This document shows, in pieces, positions 50,543-64,000 of a DNA stretch of 64,000 bases; position 1 is the first letter of the stretch; each line of letters opens with the position of its first letter. The stretch spans positions 70,680,001-70,744,000 of the forward strand of contig NC_043001.1 of the NCBI RefSeq assembly GCF_006345805.1. The letters run 5' to 3'. The notes under the pieces were generated by a model. That model worked only from the letters and a program-made list of their open reading frames with translations. It was not told where the DNA came from and searched no databases. The translations under genes and the position numbers were made by a program. Origin of the DNA: Octopus sinensis (lineage: Eukaryota).

Positions 50543-50750
50543 TATTGGTTTCAAACTTTGGAAAAAGGCCAGGAATCTGAGGGGACTAGTCGATTATATC
50601 AACCCCAATACTCAACGGATATGTACTTTCTCGCCCTCTCACACCGGAAAAAATGAAGGGCAAAATTGACCACAGCAGGATTTGAATTCAGCATGCAAAG
50701 ACAGATGGAATGCCGCTAAGCATATTGCCAGCGGTTCTATCAGCTGACTA
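50543..50750 (-). mobile_element. SINE family B variant (alternative tail), decayed
   Basis: TGGTTTCAAACTTTGG...AGGCCAG tail and GGATTTGAATTCAG B-box-like motif, in reverse. Confidence 0.75.
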
Positions 50751-51079
50751 CCCTATTTATTGTAATGACAATTATCCTTAGACGCTATTTATTTAAGCTT
50801 TTCGTTAACAGTGTAAGTATTTTGGGCATTAATCACCACAATATTCGCTTGCTTATGAATTTAATTGCTACATTAGTAATAATGCACTTTTGCTACAATG
50901 GTATTCACACACTAATTATAATTCAACTTTTATCAAGGTACTGATAGTGGCAAATGCATAATTACAAAATTAACGAAAATATCTAGAATAACATTCAGAT
51001 ATTTCAATGAATTATACACACACACACATACGTGTGTGTGTGTATGAATGGAAGTTTTCTCCATTTTCTGATTGTTTAA

Positions 51080-51080
51080 G

Positions 51081-51169
<89 letters not shown>

Positions 51170-51709
51170 TATATACATATATATATACATATATATACAT
51201 ATATATACATACATACATATACTAATTTAATATAAAATTACCGATAAATTTTTATTTCAGATTAACTACCTGGTATAATTATTAACGTGATTTTATCCTC
51301 CTTTTCTCTTATGACTAAAATAAAATATCTTAACTCCTGATAAAAATCGCATTTCCTGCGGACGTATTTTGCTAATATCCACGTGGTTGTCATGAAAATG
51401 TATAAATCTGACCTATCTTCGATCTATACGTAGAAATATTTTTATGCAGACGTGCGAATCCGCTTTGTACGGTTATGTATAATCATTTGTATGTATATTC
51501 TGGTGTATTATGTTGACGAAGGAACAATTCTTTTTGCGGCTTTAATCCAGAAATTAATTGACGTGAAGCTTTTCTAGTATTTTTCACTCGCATAACTACA
51601 ATCTGTGTGTATTATTTTTTTACTTATTCGGTAGTTTCTTAGTGCCTTGCAATTTCAAGCATGTAGGAGACAGGTCGTTTCACCCTTCCCCATTAATATA
51701 ATGTTATAT

Positions 51710-51793
<84 letters not shown>

Positions 51794-52329
51794 TATATAC
51801 ATATATATATACATATATATATACATATATATACATACATACATATACTAATTTAATATAAAATTACCGATAAATTTTTATTTCAGATTAACTACCTGGT
51901 ATAATTATTAACGTGATTTTATCCTCCTTTTCTCTTATGACTAAAATAAAATATCTTAACTCCTGATAAAAATCGCATTTCCTGCGGACGTATTTTGCTA
52001 ATATCCACGTGGTTGTCATGAAAATGTATAAATCTGACCTATCTTCGATCTATACGTAGAAATATTTTTATGCAGACGTGCGAATCCGCTTTGTACGGTT
52101 ATGTATAATCATTTGTATGTATATTCTGGTGTATTATGTTGACGAAGGAACAATTCTTTTTGCGGCTTTAATCCAGAAATTAATTGACGTGAAGCTTTTC
52201 TAGTATTTTTCACTCGCATAACTACAATCTGTGTGTATTATTTTTTTACTTATTCGGTAGTTTCTTAGTGCCTTGCAATTTCAAGCATGTAGGAGACAGG
52301 TCGTTTCACCCTTCCCCATTAATATAATG

Positions 52330-52365
<36 letters not shown>
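51080..52365 (+). repeat. Direct tandem duplication, period 626 bp, bounded by (TA)n tracts
   Basis: Unique blocks 51221-51705 and 51847-52331 appear identical by eye. (TA)n tracts lie at 51082, 51706 and 52332. Confidence 0.95.
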
Positions 52366-52368
<3 letters not shown>

Positions 52369-52457
52369 AGTACAAGTGAATATATATAAGCGTCAAAGGG
52401 ATAGAATTATCCAAGATTATACTGTTTAAATACCTAATAATATAGGCACACACATGT

Positions 52458-52469
52458 ATATTATTATTA

Positions 52470-52516
<47 letters not shown>

Positions 52517-52517
52517 T

Positions 52518-52585
<68 letters not shown>

Positions 52586-52642
52586 TACTACTGTTGTTGT
52601 TATTATTATTATTATTATTATTATCATCATCATCATCATCAT
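52458..52642. repeat. (ATT)n microsatellite grading to (ATC)n
   Basis: Read directly from the sequence. Confidence 0.95.
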
Positions 52643-52889
52643 TTTAAAAACCAAGAGAGAAGATAGAGAGTAATAAAAATTTATTAATACATTGTCAAAC
52701 CCTACACTTGTTTCAATTCATCGCTTATAGTTTAAAATCAATCAAATTTAAATTAATTTAACTTAATCAATTTGGTTAATTGTTACAAGCCAGAATACCA
52801 TCAAAGAACATATAGAGAAATTTATATATATCATATTTAAAACATAATGACAACATTAAATTATCAAACAGGGTAAAACTGGCTCGAAT

Positions 52890-55050
52890 TTTATGCCTCT
52901 GGAGATGTGGACACTATACTCCAGAACATTCTGAATTCAATATGGGCCGCATGTGCAGCATCAGTACCACGCAAGCACAAAAAAGCACCCAAGAGTGCAA
53001 TTTGGGAGACTGCAGCAGTCCTACTTGCCAGGAAACAACGCCGTAATGCTGAACAGGAATACAAATTGCACAAATCAGAGGGAAACAGGAAAAAGCGCAA
53101 TAGGTCAGCCAACCACCTCAAGCAGGTGACAAAAAAGGCAGTGCTTGAATTTGAACAACCCATTGCAACTAACCCTGACAGCAAAGTGTTCTGGAAGTAT
53201 GTGCACTCAAAGCAGAGACTCCACTCTTCAGTTGGTCCCCTTCGCAATTCCCACACAAGACAGATTACTGGCAATCCCAAAGAATGTGCAGAAATCATTG
53301 CTGGATGCTATGCCGGCATCTTTACTGTCGAAGACCCAAATGTTCCATCTTCATCACCACTGACATCGGAATCTATATCTACTATGCAATTTACACCAGC
53401 AATGCTACAACGCCACCTTAAGAATAAACACAACTATGCCTCTCCTGGTCTCGATGGTGTTACATACCTACTTCTCAAACGCGGTGGGTAATTTCTGCTA
53501 AGCCAACTTTCTCTATTCTTCCAATTCTGTCTGGACAATGGTGTTACTCCAGAACAGTGGAAAACTGCCAGTGTTATCCCTCTGTTCAAAAAAGGCGACC
53601 GCACATCGCCTGTCAACTATCGCCCCGTTAGTCTTACTAGCTGCATCGCCAAACTGATGGAATCATGTATCAGAGAAACCCTCTGGAACTTCTGGAAGTC
53701 TCACAGCCTCATCCAGCCGTCACAATTTGGATTTATTCCTAACTCCAGCTGCTGTAATTAACTCATCGAGTTTCTTGGGGACGTTACCCAAATCACTGAT
53801 CGCAGATCCTGGGTGGATGTCGTTTACCTGTACTTTGCTAAGGCTTTTAACTCTGTGCCACACAAAAGACTTATGGTGAAGCTCTCTGCGTTGGGCGTAA
53901 GAGACGAACTCTATAACTGGTTGAAGTCCTTTATTTCCGGCCGAAAAGAGGTTGTTACAGTTCTAGGACAGCACTCTTCGCCCTATGAGATGACATCTGG
54001 TGTACCAAAGGGATCTGTTCTTGGCCCCCTTTTATTTGTTGCATATGTTAATGACGTAGATGCCAACTTAAAGAATGTCACAGTACTGAAATATGCAGAT
54101 GACATCAAGCTGTACCTCGAAATAAAGAGGTCAGATCCTGTTCACTATAGATCTCTATTGCAAGCAGACCTGGACACAATGCAGCAATGGATCATGGACT
54201 GGCAACTCGAGCTGGCTATGGACAAATGTACCACTATGCATTTTGGGAGGAGAAACACAGCGTCCACCTACTCCCTCCACAACACTAGTCTCAAAAAGTC
54301 TTCATGTGAACGTGACCTGAGTGTTATTGTCGACAGTGATTTGCGTTGGACAAAACACATCGCTAAAATTGTCAAGAAGGCTGAGGGTGTCTTGGCATCA
54401 CTCACCAAATCCTTTGTGAGCCGCTCTCCGACTATCTATCTGCGGCTTTATACAGCTATGGTAAAACCTCAACTGGAATTTGCATCACCGGTCTGGAACC
54501 CCTATCATGACCAGGATATCAATCGTCTGGAAGCCGTTCAATGACGTGCAACCAAAAGAATACCCTCCATCAGGCATTTGCCATATTCTGAATGCCTTAC
54601 TTCCCTGGGCATGGACACATTGAAACTCCGACGTCTGGCAGCTGACTTGGCAGACACCCATAAAATTATCAACCATCGCACAAACAAAACTCTGAGCACC
54701 TTTTCAGACTCCACCCATCTAACACCCGTGGACATATTTACAAAGTAAGAAAGCAGCACAGCTCCCATGACTTTAGGAAACATGTTTTCACGCTGAAGCA
54801 TGGAACAAACTGCCGGCATCAGTTGTTAGTTGTCGGAGCACTGCATCCTTCAAAACTTCCATGCTTTCTGAGATTCGCCAACACTACACCTGATTTTCTC
54901 CCCTCCATACACACACAAGCATGTACCTGACTCGTGCATTGTTCGCTTTCCAGACATTTGCACACTACTGCATGTGCTTTATATGCACTGTCTGACAAGT
55001 TGTGGTGCACCTGAACACTGTATACATTAATTTCATTATTATTATTATTA
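52890..55050 (+). mobile_element. CR1-type LINE, 5'-truncated: linker, RT, C-terminus, 3' UTR and (ATT)n tail
   Basis: One frame from 52907 to about 54670 with in-frame stops near 53489, 53758 and 54542. Motifs: KVFWKYV, SPGLDG, PLFKKGD..PVNYRPVSLTS, QFGF, DVVYLYFAKAFNSVPH, SGVPKGSVLGPLLF, YADDIKL, LEFASPVWNP, EAVQ*RATK. Confidence 0.96.
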
Positions 55051-55544
55051 AAAACAGAGAGTACTATTAAAATTTATACATAATATAAAGGTATATGCAG
55101 TTATAAAACTAGTTATTGTCATAAATTAGTATAAATAACTATAATGTTAATGCAGACATATCCATGCAAAAATACGATAAATGGTGATAGGTAAAAAAAC
55201 AATAGATTGGTCATTAAATTATGGGAGTAGAGAAGTGAAATACACACATGCACATACGCTTGTACACAATCTCACACACTCACACACACATATACATATA
55301 TATATATATACACATACACAGATATAAAGCTTAGTATAAAGCTTACTAAATTAATTAAAGTAATTAAAATTATGAATTAATAAGAAGATAAAGAGTGAGT
55401 AAATGAAGATTTAAGTGATACTACAATATTTAGAAGAGAAAAATAGACATGGAGGAATAGAGGCATGCACAACAAAAATAGGTGGTAAATTATTAAGCGA
55501 TGTTTACAATAATTAAAGATGTAATATGGACATATATATGTATA

Positions 55545-55547
55545 CAC

Positions 55548-55627
<80 letters not shown>

Positions 55628-55629
55628 GC

Positions 55630-55666
<37 letters not shown>

Positions 55667-55696
55667 CACATGAATAAATAAATAAATAAATAAATA

Positions 55697-55738
<42 letters not shown>

Positions 55739-55740
55739 AG
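55545..55740. repeat. (TA)n-rich microsatellite
   Basis: Read directly from the sequence. Confidence 0.93.
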
Positions 55741-55748
55741 CACACACC

Positions 55749-56120
55749 CGAGGGTTGGCTTAAAATTTCATAGGTTGAAATTGTCATGGAATTTGCGCAA
55801 ATGAGTTTTGCTTGGGAACATAGACTCCTCGCGGTCCACACGCTTTTTCCATCAGTGTTACAATACTTGAATCTTTCATCCTATTCATCATACCAGCCAA
55901 TTGTTTCTTCTGTTGGGGGAACAGATGCGATTATATCAGGAGAATAGAGGGGCAGATTCATCAGTTCAAAGGCATAGTCACGCAAAGCAACCATTGAAAC
56001 CAAGGAAGACGTTTTGTGCAGGTACTTTATAACACCACGATGCCAAATGTTATTGATTTTGAAGAAGTTTCTACCAGTTACTTTTTAAGTACTCTTTAAA
56101 CAGGAAGATACCAGTGGACC
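55749..56120 (-). mobile_element. mariner 3' remnant with TIR
   Basis: TIR-like CGAGGGTTGGCTTAAAATTTCATAGGTTGA. Minus translation: VSMVALRDYAFELMNLPLYSPDIIAS, matching the mariner HPPYSPDLAPSD motif. Confidence 0.75.
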
Positions 56121-56562
56121 TAAAATAAAATGCAGTTATAATTAGGAATGGTTGAAATTAATGCGTGTAAGAATCACAACTCTAACGGTAACACATTAGA
56201 AATAAGATGTCCAGCTCTTAGCTCATAAATCTACATTTCTTTTTCAAGTAAGAACGTCTGTAATACATTAATTCCCTTTTATTTACATGGATATATGTGT
56301 TCCTGAAACACAAATCTACATATGAACTAATTCATATGTCATTTCACAATAACTTGCCTATTCTTAACTTTTATTGGTGCATTGGAAGGTGTTAATTAAG
56401 ACTGCTTTTCACTTTCTCTCTATAGTATACGATAATATATCGGTGAACAGTGGCATCGTTGTGCATTAGATTACACACAGATTTTCAATGAGTCAAACTC
56501 TGGTTACTGCATCAACAAAAGTGGTAATGACAAGTACCGTTTGTAATCTTGGCCGTTGAAAA

Positions 56563-57584
56563 TCTTTATCTTTATATATATAAAACTGAGAATGTGTGTC
56601 TGCTTGTCTGTCTGTCTGTCTGTGTGTTTCCCTAAAACTTGAGAACTACACAACCAATTTCATTCAAATTTTACACATGCCTTACTTAGGGTCCATGTAG
56701 TTTCATTGGCAAAAAAATGTTCAACTTCTTGCCTAGAGCGAGCCTATAGCAATATCATATCTTCTCCACTATTTCAGTATTACGTGTTAAAAGTGAAACA
56801 AAAATATTTCTCTATTTTATGTCAGATGCTTTCACTTTAACAATAAAAATAATAATAACAATTGAATTATATGTAGTAAGTAATATTAAAATCAAACTAA
56901 AGTAAAATATAATCGTAACATAACAAAAGTAAAAATAGCAATTGGTATAAAATTGCATCAATGATTTGAACTTGAATAAGTGGTTTCACATGAATGGGAA
57001 TAAATTAAAAATAAAATTAGCGTGCAGAAATGGAATAGTCCAGATGGATAATAAAAAATTAAATTAAAGGAAAGACTATTGTCTATAAAGTATACAATGT
57101 AGAGAAAAAACACCTTCGAAAATTGTCTTGGTACGACTCAGAAAGATATCTAATCAGAGGCGGTAAATTCGCCACAATAGAAGCAAGGTTCGAGTCAACG
57201 GAGCGTGCAAGGGAGTAATCGACTCGAACTTGCAAAGTAAAAATATTTTATGTTTATCTTTATATTTGGGACGTAGGACGTCCCGGAAAAAAAATTTTAA
57301 TCCCCCCCCCCCGAAGTAGAGGTAGGCTGGATTGTAGCCACACTTCTATACAAAATGGAGGACAAGATACAATTGATCGAAATTACAAGAGACGGGCTAA
57401 CAATTCCAGTCTATTATATATTTTGAGTATTGTTATCACTAGCGATATCAAGATATAACTTTGTATTTTGCATTATATGTGTAGATGTATATATATAGAT
57501 GTACATGTAATATGTACACATATATATACACATATATACATGCACTAGCACTATGACCCGGCAACGACGGGTCTTTAATGCTAG
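56563..57584 (+). mobile_element. Complete non-autonomous Helitron (about 1.02 kb)
   Basis: Starts A|TCTTTATCTTTATATATATAAAACTGAG followed by a (TCTG)n tract. Ends with hairpin GACCCG-gcaacga-CGGGTC (57555-57573), a 7-nt spacer and CTAG|T. It is inserted between A and T with no TSD. Confidence 0.88.
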
Positions 57585-58739
57585 TTCTCTATATGGATAG
57601 TATTTTAATGCTATCTTGTGGAAATATGATTCACTAATCGTGTGTAAAGATTTCTTATTCAGTCAGGTTCCTGTTTGCTTTAGTTAGAAAAATGTATTAT
57701 CAATAAATATAATCTCATAATTTCAACCTGTAACAGAGATAATAAATAAACTCCGTAATGAAAATTTGATTCCATTTCAGAAGATTTTATTATGTAATTA
57801 TATTCTTACCTTATTCGATGTCATATCAGACGCACTTTTTTCAGGAAAAAACGTCTAAAATATCGCTCCGAATCTTATATGCAAACTTAGCTAATTTTAT
57901 CCAGGACGATCACCTGTAATAAACTAATTTTAACCAACTGGTTTTCCCACGAAGTTCCATAATTATAATATTTAAACATTATCATTATTACTTATACATA
58001 GTAACTTTCTGCTAAAGTAGTTTTTTAATGTTTTATAATCTACTTCTTAAATGCTTTAAATATTACATGCTTTAAGTCACTAAAAGCGTTTTTGTTTTGC
58101 TTTTTTTTCTGAAATATGCGCATCTGAAATTTGGTTACATCTAATATGCCCGCGTCTCTTTTATGCCCTCAGATACGATATACATGCTGCAGGAATTTTT
58201 ATGTAAAAATTGGAAATATTTATCTACACATAAATAGCAAAGTATACAAACTAAGAAACAATTGCATGATGAAGTTATATATATATCAAAATTACAATAT
58301 TTAATTTTTGCATCATAACATGGTTCATTTTTTTCCCATCCCGTTATTAATTTGCAAATATTAGTAAACAAATTTCTGAGCGTAAACGGGCATTACGTTT
58401 CCATAATAATCATATAAGTCACTTATTAAAAAATTGCTTGGTCATGACTTAAATTAATATCAAAATATCATGAAATACGAGACAGAGATTAATGATCGTG
58501 TAATATATAATCAAAACAGCAATTTATCATGTAAAAATCAGACTGCTGTATACTGATATATTGCATAATGGTTATCATGTACGCCTATATTTTCATCCGG
58601 ACGTATTGACTATATACCTTCACAAACAGAAATATTTACGGAATTACATACACACTAACATGCTCACAAACCACACGCGTTTTTCTCTCACTTTCTCTCT
58701 ATCTCCCCTCAACACACAAGAAATGGTCTACAAGCATTG

Positions 58740-58781
<42 letters not shown>

Positions 58782-58821
58782 ATATATATATTCATTTGAA
58801 TCTAAATTTTGCTGAACTTAT

Positions 58822-58857
<36 letters not shown>

Positions 58858-59169
58858 ATATATACACTGATGATGACTATAAAAAATCAACCGTCCGAAG
58901 GCAAACGAGCTAAGACAATCTCTCAGCATAAATTCAAGTATTTGGACACACTTGGACCGGTTTCTGGACTGGCATAATAGCTTCAACCTCCTCAATACGC
59001 GTTACCATGATAGAAGGCCCCAACCCGCTGCAACCGATTCGTTTTTGGCTGAATCATGGCAGTCACCAGTGTGAAAATATTTTCAGTACGGAGCATTTTC
59101 AGTTAGTCGCGGATTGTCAAACTGTGCTCATTAACTTTTATGCTCAACAATAACAGAAAGTATACGATG

Positions 59170-59390
59170 CTTTGAAAGCCCAGTTACCTCGACCTGCCTA
59201 CAATCCAGACCTTGCACCATCAGATTGCGACAGTTTCCAACATACGGCTCATTTCTTTTATCGGCGTATGCTCACAAATGTGGATGATATTGAAATGGAT
59301 GCAGGAGGATTTTTACCTCTAAACCAGCTAAATATAATAAGCGTTGAAAACTGAAACTACTATATGGAAGGTTATATTTTCGTATGTAAT
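59170..59390 (+). mobile_element. mariner transposase C-terminal remnant
   Basis: LPRPAYNPDLAPSDCDSFQHTAHF, matching HPPYSPDLAPSDYHLF. Confidence 0.75.
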
Positions 59391-59512
59391 TCGTACGTAA
59401 TTGTTTGAAATATTAATTAAAACTCGAAATGCGATAAACATTTTTTCTCAACTTGTTACATATACATGTGTGTATTTGCGCGCGCGCGTGCGTGTGTGTA
59501 TATGTGTGTGAA

Positions 59513-59760
59513 GGAGCATGGCTTACCGGTTAGGGGTATTCGGGTCAGGAGAGTAAGGTCGTGTGTTCGATTCCCGACGTTGCGTCTTTCAACATGGCTT
59601 CATTTCATGTTGCCCCTGTTCATTTAGCTGGTAAGAATGAGATGTACCTGTAATTCTCCTCGAGAACTATGTGAAGGGTGTAGTGCCTGTCGATGAAACG
59701 CGCAGTACCTTGCACGTTAATTTTGTCAGCAGATCGAGGAATAAGTCAGCTGCCTAAAGA
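59513..59760 (+). mobile_element. tRNA-derived SINE, third family (C), decayed
   Basis: GGAGCATGGCTTACCGGTTAGG A-box-like head, GTTCGATTCCC B-box (59565-59575), then CATTTAGCTGG..AGAATGAG resembling a central SINE core domain. Confidence 0.65.
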
Positions 59761-61002
59761 GTGGTTATATGAGGAAGGCGAGTGGGCTGATATGGAGATA
59801 ATGATTCAAGTAAACAAATAAACAGGCTTGGGCTTGATATAAAGTATATATACATACGTACATATATAGATGTAAATATATACAGGGGCAAAATTGAGAT
59901 AGTGAAACGAATGCTGAAAACATTCGGAAGATGAACATTCATACATAAGTATATAGTTATTTGTATATTAGCAGAAGTTATCTCCTCACTTTGAATTCAA
60001 TTCACATTGACCTCAGCTTTGCCTTCCATCTTCAGGTCATTTTTGAACACCTGAAAATTATCTTTCGCATTGTTATTCCGGGGGAATATTATAATCGCTG
60101 TGACACAGGTTAAAATGCCTTTCGTTTATTTGAGAAACCTCTTGAGCTGAATATCATTGTCGCTTTGTCTTTTCGAACTCCATCTGTCCAAGTCAAACAA
60201 TATAAATACCCGTAATACAGATAAAATTAACCCATGTAACATTGTGGAAATGTATTTGTAATATAAACAGAGTTAGAGAATTTTAAGGGGGGCACCAGAG
60301 AATTGTTAATGGTCTATGTCTGAAATGTTTTATTTGGTTATTGAAAGCTTAATATAGAGGCAGTTACAAGTCAGAGGTCTGTACAAATGCCATGTTTCCA
60401 CGTTTCCATGCATCTATCCATTTTTGTCGTGGATGTAGATTCCTATCAGAAGCAACAATCATTGCATTCTCCTGCTTGATTTCCGAGCGTGATCAACTGA
60501 TATAAGCGTGGCAAAACAGTTGAATATTTCCCTGATATCTCGTTTAAGATCAATCGCAAGATTTCCTGTCGGTTGGCTCGGCTTCAAAACTCTGTCTTGC
60601 AATCCCTTCTTACGTCAATTTAACTGCATGTCTGTAGTACGAGAGCTGTGACTCCTCAATGTTGAGAAGTGGCGACTTGATCTAACCCAGAGAGATTCTT
60701 GATCTTCGAATAACGTTAGTCGACAGCGCGTTTACATGATTGCATTCGCGCGATTTTGGACGGAGGGAAAAGTAAGAAAGTGTATTGTATAATGAATTAG
60801 TTATGATATTACCTAAAACATGAAAGACATTGTGATGGTTCCCAATCTGCTTTATTAAGAACGAAATGTGACTGAAGTTATATGTTTTGCCGTTTCAAAA
60901 AGGATGGAATAATTGGCTAAAAGAAATGTCCGATTGAAATGGCTGAAACATCTCTGAGCATAACTATGTTCAGCTCTACTCAGAGCTGAACTGGAGCTAA
61001 AA

Positions 61003-61686
<684 letters not shown>

Positions 61687-61696
61687 AATAATAATG

Positions 61697-61753
<57 letters not shown>

Positions 61754-61772
61754 TAATAATAATAATAATAAT
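61687..61772. repeat. (AAT)n microsatellite
   Basis: Read directly from the sequence. Confidence 0.96.
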
Positions 61773-62365
61773 TTTAGAGATTTAAACAGTGAATAGCATA
61801 GGTAGTCCACTGGAAATGGAATTCCGCTCTTGCAGACACAAATCATTGTTATTTAAATTGATAATTGAACCTATTTATCAACAAGAAATCCTTTAGGATA
61901 CGATACAAATATTCTCTGACCTTCGTTAGTAATTAAATAATCGCTTGAATAAGATTGTGTAAAACATTTCAACGATCAATTAGACAGGCCATGTGGATGA
62001 TGACAGTGATATATAACATAACATTGTTCGAAATTTCAGTATTCTACCTCAAAATATATATCATCAGAATTTTTAAAAATCACGCTACTGACTCTACATG
62101 ACACTGTCTTAAATATTCCCAAAATTTAACTTCTAAATCAATGGATCAAAGGACTGAATATTTAAACTATGATTAGGAAATAATGAGGTGTTTTATAGAT
62201 ATCTAATGTTAAGTGTGAGATAACTTACAAATTGACGATTCTACGTGCTTTCTTCGAGGATTGGTGAGCGAAAACATGCATACACGTTTATATTTTCATA
62301 CATACAGACACACACATGTGTTCTTTACACACGTATATAAATATGTATGCATATGTATGCATATG

Positions 62366-62398
<33 letters not shown>

Positions 62399-62438
62399 GT
62401 ACATATACATATATATATGTATATTCATATAGATATCA

Positions 62439-62489
<51 letters not shown>

Positions 62490-62594
62490 AAGGAGTTTGT
62501 ATGATTTTGCATAGAAGAATATATTACTCAAATGAATTTCAACTATGTTTTTCATGTTTTATTTATAATCTGATAATATTCTTTTTCTTTTCTT

Positions 62595-62794
62595 TTATTC
62601 TTTTATTTGTTTCAGTCATGTGATTGTGGCCATGCTGGAGCACCGCTCTTGGTCGAGCAAATCGACCCCAGGACATTCTTTGTAAGCCTAGTAATTATTC
62701 TCTTGGTTTCTTCTGCTGAACCGCTAAGTTACGGCGACGTAAATACACCAGCACCGGTTGTCAAGCGATGTTGGGGGGACAAACATACACACAA

Positions 62795-62854
<60 letters not shown>

Positions 62855-62856
62855 TT

Positions 62857-62897
<41 letters not shown>

Positions 62898-63065
62898 TAT
62901 TTGACGGTCATCTTTCAGTTTCCGTCTACCAAATTCACTCACAAGGCTTTGGTCGGCCCGAGGCTATAGTAGAAGACCCTTGCCCAAAGTGCCACGCAGT
63001 GGGACTGAACCCGGAACCATGTGATTCGTAAGCAAGCTACTTACCACACAACCACTCCTACGCCT
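62595..63065 (-). mobile_element. SINE family A, full length, with expanded internal (CA)n(TA)n
   Basis: Tail TTTGTTTCAGTCATGTGA, body, and head CCACACAACCACTCCTACGCC, all in reverse. Confidence 0.93.
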
Positions 63066-63159
63066 AATATAATATAAAATAATATTGTAAAAAGAAATGA
63101 AATGAAGTATTATTTGTCTATTCTTAATAATAAATGAAATATTAAATGTCCATTCTTAT

Positions 63160-63700
63160 TGATCATTGCCAGACAGGTAATGCACTATCTGAACGTTCAC
63201 GTGTGTACCGACAACAAATTAAAAATCCAGAAGTCCGCCAAATACCGCTGAGTATTTAGCAATATGTGGCCGGAAAATATTTATAATCTTTCCATTTCAT
63301 AAAATATACAATCCGAATGAAATCGAGAGAAAAGGACTTTATTGATAAATTCAAACCCAAGTTTAATAAACATTAATAAAGAATAGTTTTATTTAAGGTT
63401 TAAAAGTCTTATCACCATATCTAAAAAAATATAAATCTCTAAAAAGTAGTGCTGTCATCATTTCTAAAAATAAACACTGAAAAATGGTATGGCATCATTT
63501 CTAAAAATAGCCAATCAACTATTACTTCTATCCACAGGAATGTGGATAAAGGACAAAATTTAACTAGTCAGCCACAGTTGAAACCAATGAACACAACTGT
63601 CACCACGACCATATGAACCTGAAGATTGCATAAATGCAAGGAAGTATACTAGTTTAATAAGAATGGACATTTAATATTTCATTTGTTCAATAGGAATAGA
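63160..63700 (+). mobile_element. Penelope-like 3' fragment (end of GIY-YIG plus pLTR)
   Basis: QTGNALSERSRVYRQQIKNPEVRQIPLS...REKDFIDKFKPKFN, comparable to RQQIAFPEYRMIPFS...KETFFIEKYKPRLN of the 41343 ORF. Confidence 0.75.
63614..63656 (+). ncRNA. Minimal type I hammerhead ribozyme motif, one core mismatch
   Basis: TGAAC-CTGAAGA-TTGCA-taaa-TGCAA-GGAA-GTATAC-TA-GTTTA. The CUGANGA box is intact, stem II is 5 bp, stem III is the perfect palindrome AGTATACT, and stem I is 5 bp with one G.U pair. GAAA is read as GGAA. Confidence 0.7.
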
Positions 63701-63789
63701 CAATACTTCATTTCATTTCGTTGTACTATATTATTTTATATCTTATATTAATATTATGTATATAAATAAAAGGTGAAAAACACTTATAT

Positions 63790-63791
63790 AA

Positions 63792-63842
<51 letters not shown>

Positions 63843-63933
63843 ACATACATACATACTACATACATACATACACACATACATACATACATACATACATACA
63901 TACATACATACATACATACATACATACATACAT
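63790..63933. repeat. (TA)n and (ACAT)n microsatellites
   Basis: Read directly from the sequence. Confidence 0.95.
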
Positions 63934-64000
63934 AGCCACACACTGATATACGCGCCCACACAGACACGTGCACATATGTATGATTTCATCAAGAGGCCGA

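Noticed and set aside
31121-52365. CRISPR-like or satellite arrays
   Set aside because: The repeats are two-copy duplications or simple microsatellites; there is no repeat-spacer periodicity and no cas-like ORF.
58866-58910. CTGATGA-T-GAC...GTC-CGAA hammerhead-like start
   Set aside because: It continues GGC instead of A plus stem III, with no stem I partner and no PLE context.
60968-60991. 10-bp-arm hairpin GTTCAGCTCT-actc-AGAGCTGAAC
   Set aside because: It is isolated, and hairpins of this size are expected occasionally. Bacterial terminator logic does not apply to this eukaryotic DNA.

Overview
This is eukaryotic, very AT-rich, repeat-dominated DNA, not prokaryotic: there are no operons, rRNA, true tRNA or CRISPR arrays. 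The dense (TA)n/(CA)n/(AAT)n microsatellites and the abundant tRNA-derived SINE families point to an octopus/cephalopod intron or intergenic region; this is inference from recalled repeat families, not a database hit. No host protein-coding gene can be called with confidence, only a few weak exon candidates. Most ORFs in the supplied track are microsatellite artefacts. The recognisable content is decayed mobile DNA: about 10 Penelope-like element (PLE) fragments of several families, two CR1-type and two RTE-type LINE fragments, three mariner fragments and one Tc1 fragment, Helitrons (one complete non-autonomous copy plus a helicase remnant), and about 15 SINE copies of three families. The items most worth following up are (1) minimal hammerhead-ribozyme motifs at PLE ends, best at 63614-63656 and 6957-7019; (2) three PLE 5' inversions or fold-backs; (3) a 761-bp palindrome and two near-identical tandem duplications whose breakpoints all lie in (TA)n tracts, which could be real or assembly artefacts. 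I found no convincing new biological system; the PLE observations fit phenomena already known for that group. Element boundaries are read by eye and are approximate unless a TIR or TSD is quoted.
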